Shown here: positions 1 through 7,100 of the stretch, piece after piece | Layout of the letters: each line of letters opens with the position of its first letter | How positions within the stretch are numbered: the first letter of the stretch is position 1 | Source: an uncultured bacterium | GTDB lineage: Bacteria > Lernaellota > Lernaellaia > Lernaellales > Lernaellaceae | Direction of reading: 5' to 3' | DNA: 21,327 nucleotides | NCBI GenBank assembly: GCA_964534375.1 | Contig: CAZHPN010000096.1 | Location: 1-21,327, forward strand | The notes under the pieces: generated by a model | The model's database searches: none | Seen by the model: the letters and a program-made list of their open reading frames with translations, nothing else | What the model was told of the DNA's origin: nothing | Translations under genes and position numbers: made by a program

Positions 1-2
1 CC

Positions 3-995
3 GTCGATTTGAGTGGTTACGTATATGAAGGGCTTGCCGGCACCACCATGCCGATTGCCGGCGCAACCGTTTATGCGGTCAACGGCGCGACGGGTCTGCC
101 AATAGGCGATTCGGCGCCATCCCAGCAGGACGGCGGCTACACTATCCCCGAGTTTACGGTGGCCGAAACCCGCCCATTGTGCTCTATTCCAACGACGACG
201 TGACGGGAATGGCTGAGCCGGTTATGCCAGCCGATATGACTCCAGATCCCACCATGGCCATTGTGACAGGTGCATTAATTTGGGAAGACGAAGGGCCGTC
301 TCCGCCGACGTCCGGCGTTTTCGGGTGCGGACGCGTGGTGCTAAATTCTGGGTCGACCAGTTTCGTCGGCGCCAATTTCGGCGATCCCATCAATCCGTCG
401 CTGACGATGACAACGCGGGAGGATCCCACGTTCACGCAATTCGATGTCGAGGGTTTCACGGCCGACGATCCGGATGGCCTCCCGTACACTTTCACTCTGG
501 ACTCATACAATAGTCCGATGATCGGCGCCGGATACGCGTGGGTCTTCCCGCATACGGTGGTGACGGTTTTAATAGTTTACTACACGCAGAATAATGCCGG
601 GGATCCGACGGACCCGCTCTGCACGGACCCGATTTTCTTTTCCGGATACGTCGACGGGAATCGTGCTCGGCTACGTCGTGTGGGACGGCGATCAGTCCGA
701 GGTCGGAGGCGCGTCCATCAGCGTCGATGGAGAACCCGGCGGCACGTTCTTATACACGGACCAGAACGGCAACCCGTCGGAGTCGGCCACGTGCACGAGC
801 ACGCCGGGCGGTCCTCAGTTCATGATCATCGGCGCGAGCGCCGGCGCGCCGTCGTCGTCGTACGTTTTCACAGCCCTGGCCGCCGATCAATCCACCACCG
901 CGACGGCCACGATTCCGCAGTTCTATGCATCGTCGATCAACTGGGTCACGATTACGTTCACCAGCTCAACGAGTCCCACCAGTACGTGCCAGTAA
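3..995 (+). pseudogene. 3' part of a secreted/surface protein with two tandem copies of a beta-rich module (carboxypeptidase-regulatory/Ig-like start), broken by two frame switches
   Basis: Protein-like sequence runs in frame 3 from the window edge (VDLSGYVYEG..PIAGATVYAV..DGGYTIP, 3-~150), then frame 2 (IVLYSND..AIVTGALIWED..PTDPLCTDPIFFSGYVD, ~150-655), then frame 3 again (STGIVLGYVVWDGD..PTSTCQ*, ~651-995). The two modules align by eye (AIVTGALIW / GIVLGYVVW; PTDPLC / PTSTC). Confidence 0.6.
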
Positions 996-1269
996 ATTAA
1001 TCGTGCGTGGCGGCGCCGGCGCCTGGGGCCGGCCCCGTTCCGCTGACCCGACAGGGCAGGTTCGCAGAATTCAGAGAGCGGGCCGACGATCGACGCCGGC
1101 CCTCCGGCAAGGGCCAAATCGAAATGATGAAGGCCAGGAAGGCGGGTGCGCGGCGGCGGCCGCCCGCCAGTCCGTTCGAATGAAAATGTCGACGGCGACG
1201 TAAATTGGCCGCCGCCGCCGGTCCGCACTTTCGGCCGCGTCCGAGCATCGTTCGCCGTCTCCCCGAATC

Positions 1270-2262
1270 CTATTTGTCCAAACTGCCCATCGCCTGCTTG
1301 AGGGTTTCAGCCGGCAATTGGATATAGCCAACCTCTTCGACGAACTTCTGGCCGTCCCTGAGGATCCACTTCACGAATTCCTTCGCGGCGCCCCGAAAAC
1401 GATCTTTGGTCAGCAGGTACAGGTCGCGAACCGGCGGCGACGGATACACGCCCGCCAGCACGGCCTTGATCGCCGCGGCTTTCGTGCTCAGATCTTCTTC
1501 CGGGTCGATCTTGCCGTTGCCGTTTACGTCGATCGACAACACGCGCAGACCCGGCGCCGGCTTGCCCGTCCGCGCGTCGAAGGCGTAATTGAGGTTGTTG
1601 AAGCCGATCCCCAGCGGATCGCGCCGCACCGCTTCCGCCACGCCCGGGTCGCCGTAGACGCCAACGCCCTGCAACTCCTCTTGCGCTTTGGCGCCAAGAT
1701 ACTGCGCCCAGGTTTCGGCGGCGCCGCACGAATCGGAGCGTGTGTAGACCTGCACCTTGCTGTTGCCCGCGGCGCCGACCAGCGTTTCCCAGGTCACATC
1801 CTTACCATGCAAATACAGGTCGATGAACTGCTCGCGTTTCAAACCCTTTTCGGCGAGGCCCTGGGCGAGCGCCGGGTTCGCGGCGTTGATCGTCGGAAAC
1901 ACGGCGTCTTTGACCACGGCGATAAACGCCGCGCCCTGTTTGAGCTCCTCCGGCTTGATGTTGCGCGAGATCATGCCGATGTCGACCATGCCGGCCAGCG
2001 CGTCCGCCGCGCCTTTGCCCGCGCCGCCGGCCGAGATGTCGATCCGCACCCCCGGATGCGCCTTCTGATACTCTTCGCCCCAGCGGACCATCATCGGATA
2101 CAGCGCCCAGGCCCCGGAAACGCGGACCGAACCGGTCAACGGTTGGCCGACGCCCGGCGCGGAGGCAGGTTGCGGGCTCGGCTTGCACGCCGACGCCAGA
2201 CCCAGAGCCGCGACGAACAGAATCGCGGCCACACACATGCGAAGCGACCTTGATTTGCCCAC
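1270..2262 (-). CDS. pstS: Phosphate ABC transporter substrate-binding lipoprotein (PstS family, PBP2 fold)
   Basis: Lipoprotein signal ending LASAC; motifs VRVSGAWALYP, ISAGGAGKG, DIGMISR, VYTRSDSCGAAETW, YPSPPVRDLYL, FVKWILRDGQKFV..GY; GAGGA SD before the GTG start. Confidence 0.88.
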   Translation of the reverse strand: MGKSRSLRMCVAAILFVAALGLASACKPSPQPASAPGVGQPLTGSVRVSGAWALYPMMVRWGEEYQKAHPGVRIDISAGGAGKGAADALAGMVDIGMISRNIKPEELKQGAAFIAVVKDAVFPTINAANPALAQGLAEKGLKREQFIDLYLHGKDVTWETLVGAAGNSKVQVYTRSDSCGAAETWAQYLGAKAQEELQGVGVYGDPGVAEAVRRDPLGIGFNNLNYAFDARTGKPAPGLRVLSIDVNGNGKIDPEEDLSTKAAAIKAVLAGVYPSPPVRDLYLLTKDRFRGAAKEFVKWILRDGQKFVEEVGYIQLPAETLKQAMGSLDK

Positions 2263-2353
2263 GGCGAGTCCTCGCTCGACAGCGGAGACGGCGGCACGGA
2301 ACAGCGCTGCGCCTGTCCATTTTCTTCTCGATCACCGGCTCCTGATGGCAGCG

Positions 2354-2385
2354 ATTGTACCGCGTTTCGGCCGTTCGCGAAACGC
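2354..2385 (-). promoter_or_regulatory. Candidate pstS -10 box (TACAAT) with an adjacent 8-8-8 inverted repeat
   Basis: Minus-strand TACAAT at 2359-2354; GCGTTTCG-N8-CGAAACGC at 2362-2385 covers the spacer and the -35 position. Confidence 0.4.
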
Positions 2386-2467
2386 TCGATCATGCTGCCG
2401 CGCGCTCAGCTTGTGCTTTGCCGCGGGACGATTCATTAATGGGGCGGTCATCGCGCGGGAGGCGGGT

Positions 2468-2929
2468 ATGAGGGCGCTTCGCGCCGGCTGCGCCGCGGCC
2501 GGCGGTTTGTTGATGGCGGCGGCGTTTTTCCTGCCGTGGGCGCGCGCCTCCATCCTCGGATTTCAACAGCCGATATTCAGCGCGTACGATTTGGCGCAAC
2601 GCGAAGCCGTGTGGCTGCTGCCGCCGGTCGGCGGCGCCCTCGCGCTGCTCGCCGGCCTCGCCGCGCTGGCGCTCGTTCTGCGCAGAAGCGACGCCGGCCG
2701 CCGCCCACTGGGCGTCGCCATTTTGCTCGGTGCACTGGCGCCAAGCATTTTCTTGCTGGTCGTTCTCGCTCGGTTGCACGGCGGCGGCATCACGTTTATT
2801 TGGCTCGAAGGGGCGACGGCGGAGAGCCTCGGCCTCACCTATCGCTACGGCCTGTTCCTGGAATTGCTGGGCTGTTTGCTGGCCGCAATCGGCGGCGCGT
2901 GGCTGGCGTTCGACCGACGAAACGGGTGA
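2468..2929 (+). CDS. Hypothetical integral membrane protein (about 4 TM, 153 aa)
   Basis: GGAGG SD before ATG 2468 (start shortened from the ORF-track 2183); four hydrophobic segments; FFLPW near the N-terminus and YGL..L.G.LLA near the C-terminus. Confidence 0.75.
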   Translation: MRALRAGCAAAGGLLMAAAFFLPWARASILGFQQPIFSAYDLAQREAVWLLPPVGGALALLAGLAALALVLRRSDAGRRPLGVAILLGALAPSIFLLVVLARLHGGGITFIWLEGATAESLGLTYRYGLFLELLGCLLAAIGGAWLAFDRRNG

Positions 2930-3011
2930 AGCAGTTCCGCCGTTAGATCGGGCCTTCTCGTGGGGCGCTGCCCATCAGCGCCAACCCGACGTTTCATGGG
3001 AGCGAAAACCG

Positions 3012-3087
3012 GAATTTGGAATGTTGAATGGAGAATGGAGAAATTCGGGCGCCGAATTCTTCATTCTCCATTCTCCATTCTCCATTC
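3012..3087. repeat. Inverted heptamer tandem-repeat hairpin (GAATGGA)n ... (TCCATTC)n
   Basis: GAATTTG GAATGTT GAATGGA GAATGGA, central stem AATTCGG-gcg-CCGAATT (3042-3058), then TTCATTC TCCATTC TCCATTC TCCATTC. Confidence 0.85.
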
Positions 3088-3117
3088 TGCGTTGGCCTCC
3101 CAGCCTTCCCCTGGTCC

Positions 3118-3146
3118 TTGTCGCTGGCTTGCTGCGTGGTTAGACT
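3118..3146 (+). promoter_or_regulatory. Sigma70-type promoter of smpB
   Basis: TTGTCG-N17-TAGACT, ending 9 nt before the ATG at 3156. Confidence 0.6.
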
Positions 3147-3155
3147 CGCAGCGTC

Positions 3156-3614
3156 ATGAGCGAAGGTGAAAAAAACATCGCCGTCAACCGGCAGGCGCGG
3201 TTCAACTATGAACTGATGGACCGGGTCGAGGCCGGGCTGGCGTTGCTCGGCACCGAAGCCAAATCCTTGCGCGAAGGCCGTTGCTCGCTGACCGACGGCT
3301 TTGTCGAGATTCGGCGCGGCGAGGCGTGGCTGATCGACGTGAATATCGCGGCGTATTCGCACGGCAACCGCGCCAACCACGAGCCGACGCGGCCGCGCAA
3401 GCTGTTGCTGCACAAGCGCGAGATCAAAAAACTGACGGGCAAAATCGCCGAACGCGGCCTGACCTGCGTGCCGTTGCGGATGTACTTCAAAGGCGGCGTC
3501 GCCAAAGTCGAAATCGCGCTCGCCCGCGGCAAGAAGAAGGGCGACAAACGCGAAGACGTCAAGACGCGCGATGCGCAACGCGATGTGCGGCGGGCGATGA
3601 AAGAACGCCGCTGA
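3156..3614 (+). CDS. smpB: SsrA-binding protein SmpB
   Basis: Signature motifs IAVNRQARFNY, EAGLALLGTEAKSLR, NHEPTRPRKLLLHKREI, KVEIALARGKK, DKRE; 152 aa. Confidence 0.98.
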   Translation: MSEGEKNIAVNRQARFNYELMDRVEAGLALLGTEAKSLREGRCSLTDGFVEIRRGEAWLIDVNIAAYSHGNRANHEPTRPRKLLLHKREIKKLTGKIAERGLTCVPLRMYFKGGVAKVEIALARGKKKGDKREDVKTRDAQRDVRRAMKERR

Positions 3615-3640
3615 TCGATCGCGAAGAACGGCATTTTCAT

Positions 3641-3666
3641 CGCCAAGACGCAAAGAGCGCAAAGAA
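3641..3666 (+). repeat. Short nonamer-type direct repeat (CGCCAAGA CGCAAAGAG CGCAAAGAA)
   Basis: Three degenerate CGCMAAGA units in the gap between the convergent smpB and peptidase genes. Confidence 0.55.
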
Positions 3667-3675
3667 TAATTCCGG

Positions 3676-5670
3676 TTAGTGCATCGGCGCCGGAATGGGC
3701 GACGCTTCCGCCGGGCTCGCCGGCGCGGCTCCTAAATAACGGTCGAGAAACGCGGCAATTTTCGGGTACGCGTCGAGGCGGTTTTTCAGTTTGCGCAAGC
3801 CGTGGCCCTCATCGGCGTAGACGAGCAACTCGACCGGCTGGCCGCGTTTCTTGAGGGCGTCGTACATCTGCTCGGCCTCGGCGAGCGGCACGCGCGGGTC
3901 GTTTTTGCCGTACACGAGCATCAGCGGCGCGCGCAAGCGGTCGACGCGGTGGATCGGGCTGATTCGCCGCAGCAATTCACGGTCATGTTCCAGGCTGCCG
4001 TATTCGGCCTCGCGATTCTTGCGCCGCCACGGGCCGGTCTTTTCGAGAAACGTCTCGAAGTTGGCGATCCCGGCGATGCACACGCCGGCCGCGAACTGGT
4101 CCGGGTATTCCGTGAGCGCGGCCAGCGTCAGATAGCCGCCGTACGAGCCGCCGAACGCCGCGATGCGATCCGGGTCGATCCGTGGAATATTTTTGCGGAT
4201 GAACTTCGCCGCGTCGGCGACGTCGCGCACCGCGTCCGGGCGTTTCTCGCGATCGTCCAGATGCGAATAGCTCTTGCCGTAGCCCGTGCTGCCGCGGATG
4301 TTCGGCGCCATGATCGCGTAACCGCGCCGCAACAAATATTGATATAGCGGATTGAAATTCGGCCGTTCCTGCTCCTCGGGCCCGCCGTGCAGGCTCAGGA
4401 TGCACGGCGCCTTGGTTTCGCCCGGCGGCAACTCGCGCGGCAGATAAAGAAACGCCGGTTCGCCGCGGTTGTCCGAGGTCGCAAAGACGATCGGCTCGGG
4501 CGCCACAAAGGTCTCGGTCGACAACGCGCCGCGATCGGAAGTGGTCAAGCGGCGGACCTCGCCGGTCTTCACGTCGGCGACGTACAGGTCGGCCGGGCTG
4601 CGCGCGTCGCCCGCGGCGAGCAAGAGCCGCTCGCCCTGGGGCGACAACTCCATGCCGAGCACGATCGCCGCCGGCGGCTTCGGCGACGGCAACGCCTTTT
4701 TCGCCTTGACGTCCCGCACCCACACGCGCGACAGCCCCTGCACGTTGTCGGCCCACGCCATCGTCAGGCCATTGCGCGAAAACACGAACTTATCCGTGTC
4801 CCACCCGCGGGTTTCCCGATATTCCAGCCCGTCAACCTTGACGCGCAAGAACGCCAGCTTCTTGAATTCCTGCATCAGGTTGCTGACGACGAAAAACCCC
4901 TCCGCCGATTCCGGACCGACCGGCCAGCGCACGAGGTCGTAGACGGCCCAGCCGGCGTGCGGCGTCAACAAAGCCGGCTTGGCGGCGGCCGCGGCCAAAT
5001 CGACCAGATACAGGTTGTTGTCCGCGTTCGAAATCACGTCGGAGACGATGAGCCGATCGCCGCTCGGGCTGAAGGTTGCCGCCTCCAGGTTCGCGTCCTT
5101 TTGCATCGCCGGCCGCGTCGCGCGCGTGGCGAGATCCATGACGTACACGTCGAAAAACGCTGGATTCCGCGCGTTGGAAGCGTACGCGATTCGCTTGCCG
5201 TCGCGCGACCACGCGCCAAAATTGAAAATGGCTTCGTCATTCTTGGCGAGACGCTCGACGTTCTTGCCGTCGGCGTTCATCAGGAACATCTGCGTGCGTT
5301 CGTTGCCGCCGACGGCCTTCGAGAAGAGCACGAGATTGGCGTCGGTCGGCGACGGCGCCACGGCGTCGACCGGGTCGTCGAAAAAGGTGAGCTGCGTCGG
5401 CGCGCCGCCTTCGGCGTCGACTTTCCAGACCTGCATCGTGCCGGAGACGTTCGTTTTGTAGACGATCGCTTTGCCGTCGGCCAGCCAATGCCCGTCGTAC
5501 GCCTGCTTGATTTGCAGATAGGCTTCGATGGACGGCGCGGCGGCCGGCGCGGGCGAGGCCGACGGCGCGGCCGCGGGGGCCAGCGGCGTCGGCTGCGGCG
5601 TTTCCTGAGCGACGGCCAGACCGAGCAAGAGCAGCAAGCCGAGCAGCCCGCACCAGAGAACCTTGCGCAT
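3676..5670 (-). CDS. Secreted S9-family (prolyl oligopeptidase/acylaminoacyl-peptidase-like) serine peptidase with an N-terminal beta-propeller
   Basis: Signal peptide; TolB/PD40-like repeats (WSRDGKRIAYASN); HGGP, PNIRGSTGYG; catalytic triad in GGSYGG, NDPRV and DEGHG; GGAGG SD. Confidence 0.93.
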   Translation of the reverse strand: MRKVLWCGLLGLLLLLGLAVAQETPQPTPLAPAAAPSASPAPAAAPSIEAYLQIKQAYDGHWLADGKAIVYKTNVSGTMQVWKVDAEGGAPTQLTFFDDPVDAVAPSPTDANLVLFSKAVGGNERTQMFLMNADGKNVERLAKNDEAIFNFGAWSRDGKRIAYASNARNPAFFDVYVMDLATRATRPAMQKDANLEAATFSPSGDRLIVSDVISNADNNLYLVDLAAAAAKPALLTPHAGWAVYDLVRWPVGPESAEGFFVVSNLMQEFKKLAFLRVKVDGLEYRETRGWDTDKFVFSRNGLTMAWADNVQGLSRVWVRDVKAKKALPSPKPPAAIVLGMELSPQGERLLLAAGDARSPADLYVADVKTGEVRRLTTSDRGALSTETFVAPEPIVFATSDNRGEPAFLYLPRELPPGETKAPCILSLHGGPEEQERPNFNPLYQYLLRRGYAIMAPNIRGSTGYGKSYSHLDDREKRPDAVRDVADAAKFIRKNIPRIDPDRIAAFGGSYGGYLTLAALTEYPDQFAAGVCIAGIANFETFLEKTGPWRRKNREAEYGSLEHDRELLRRISPIHRVDRLRAPLMLVYGKNDPRVPLAEAEQMYDALKKRGQPVELLVYADEGHGLRKLKNRLDAYPKIAAFLDRYLGAAPASPAEASPIPAPMH

Positions 5671-5694
5671 GGCGACGCCTCCTTCTCCGGCGGT

Positions 5695-6180
5695 CTATGG
5701 GTTGGCGCCGGCCTTTTCCGGCGCGGGCATCCGTCCGAGCTTCTGGCGCTGGTCGGCCGTCAGGCTCTTGTAGAACACCCCTTCCGCATCGGTCAGCGCG
5801 TCGTGGGCCGGCACGACTTCGCGCCGGTAGACCGCTTTGACGGTCTGGACGGCCTTGTCGACATCCGGCGTCGGCTGGGCGCCTTCGGCTTTGAAAATTT
5901 CATGCGTCATGCCGTGCATTTTCGTACTCGCCTGCCAAAGGTTGCGCGTCGCCGTTTTCACCTGATCGAGCAACGCTTGTTGTGCGGCGTTGAGCTTCAA
6001 TTCGGCGGCGAGCTTGTCCCAGAAATTCAGGTGATGCTCCATCGTGTCGGCGTTGACGACATCCCGGGCGAAAGCCGACATCGTCCCGACGCCGAAGCCC
6101 TGGGCGAACGCCGCGGTCGGCCCGGCCAGGAGGACCAAAAGAAACAAGCCCAGCAGCACTTTACCGGTAGCGAAGCGCAT
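5695..6180 (-). CDS. Periplasmic helical protein, Spy/CpxP (LTXXQ)-like
   Basis: Sec signal (..TAAFA-Q), LKLNAAQQA and LTADQRQKL motifs. Start placed at ATG 6180 after AGGTGGGG. Confidence 0.7.
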   Translation of the reverse strand: MRFATGKVLLGLFLLVLLAGPTAAFAQGFGVGTMSAFARDVVNADTMEHHLNFWDKLAAELKLNAAQQALLDQVKTATRNLWQASTKMHGMTHEIFKAEGAQPTPDVDKAVQTVKAVYRREVVPAHDALTDAEGVFYKSLTADQRQKLGRMPAPEKAGANP

Positions 6181-6235
6181 GATTGTTCCCCACCTTTTGT
6201 TTGGAGCCTGTCTCAATCCGAGACGCGGCCGAATT

Positions 6236-6273
6236 TAAAAACAGGCCCAACCCCGCAAGCGCCGGGCTGGGCC
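6236..6273 (-). terminator. Rho-independent terminator after the 6297-6992 gene
   Basis: Minus strand GGCCCAGCCC-N10-GGGTTGGGCC followed by TGTTTTTA. Confidence 0.7.
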
Positions 6274-6296
6274 AGATCGCGTATTGCGCGGGCGCC

Positions 6297-6992
6297 CTAA
6301 ACCGGTTCGCCGGGCAGTTCCGGCGCCGGCTCGGCGGCGGGCGCGGACTCGGCCGCGGGCGCCGGCGGCTCGGCCGGCAGCGGCGGCAACTCGCGCAGAT
6401 TTTCCTTGATCGTCGCCAGCAGGATCAGTTCCCACAGGTTGTTGTCTTCGAGGGGCGCGTCGGCCGGCGTCGCGGCGACCTGATGGCTTTGCACCAGAAG
6501 GCGGCCGGCCAGCACCGCGCGGTACTCCTTCTTGAAGCCTTTCTTCACGAGCAGCAGTTTCTTGAAAAGTTTGTCGCAACGCTCGACAAATTCGTCGGTC
6601 ACCGTATCTTTCAGAATCGCTTTGCGCTTCTCGTGCCAGAAATCGATGAACTCCTCGGCGTAGGCCGGCAGGTCGTCTTTCTTTTCGTAGACGTCCGCAA
6701 GCGCGGCGCGATCGGCCGTGAGATCGAGGTGGGCATAGACCTGCTCGGGCGCGTAGCGCAGGGTCTTGAGGTCCGCCTCGGTCTTCATCATTTCGCCGAG
6801 GGCGAAGACGTTCTTGATGAAGTTCTGCGGACTGCCGAACTGGCTGATCATCTGGTGCTGCACGGCGTTTTCCGACAATGCGACGCCGGTTCTGGCGAAC
6901 GTCTTGCGCCGTTCGTTGTCTTTCGTCCGTTTCTTCAACTGCTTGGTCGCGCGTTTGCGCGCCACGGCCTTGGCGTCTTTTTTTTGAGCCAT
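6297..6992 (-). CDS. Hypothetical cytoplasmic protein with a Lys/Arg-rich N-terminus and a Pro/Ala/Glu-rich tail
   Basis: 231-aa ORF with protein-like composition, GAGGA SD and its own terminator; no family recognised. Confidence 0.8.
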   Translation of the reverse strand: MAQKKDAKAVARKRATKQLKKRTKDNERRKTFARTGVALSENAVQHQMISQFGSPQNFIKNVFALGEMMKTEADLKTLRYAPEQVYAHLDLTADRAALADVYEKKDDLPAYAEEFIDFWHEKRKAILKDTVTDEFVERCDKLFKKLLLVKKGFKKEYRAVLAGRLLVQSHQVAATPADAPLEDNNLWELILLATIKENLRELPPLPAEPPAPAAESAPAAEPAPELPGEPV

Positions 6993-7100
6993 CGCTTGAT
7001 CCTCGTCACGTAAGCGTGAACATTTGCCTCTTCAATATAACTCGCCGGCGCCTCAAAAGAAGCGCCGTCAACGGCCGTTGGACGGCGACCCGGGCGCGGG

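Noticed and set aside
145..660. Programmed ribosomal frameshifting to explain the split first gene
   Set aside because: No convincing slippery heptamer with a downstream structure at either junction. The module comparison indicates missing sequence rather than a simple shift.
2930..3675. tmRNA (ssrA) next to smpB
   Set aside because: The flanking gaps are only ~225 and ~60 nt, and no GGGG.. 5' end with a T-arm/CCA 3' end was found.
4387..6300. Long antisense/overlapping ORFs (e.g. 4387-6300, 1318-2253, 7575-8810, 12849-14726, 14723-16090, 19583-21133)
   Set aside because: Shadow frames of high-GC3 genes: Arg/Val-rich, without motifs, and overlapping well-supported CDSs.
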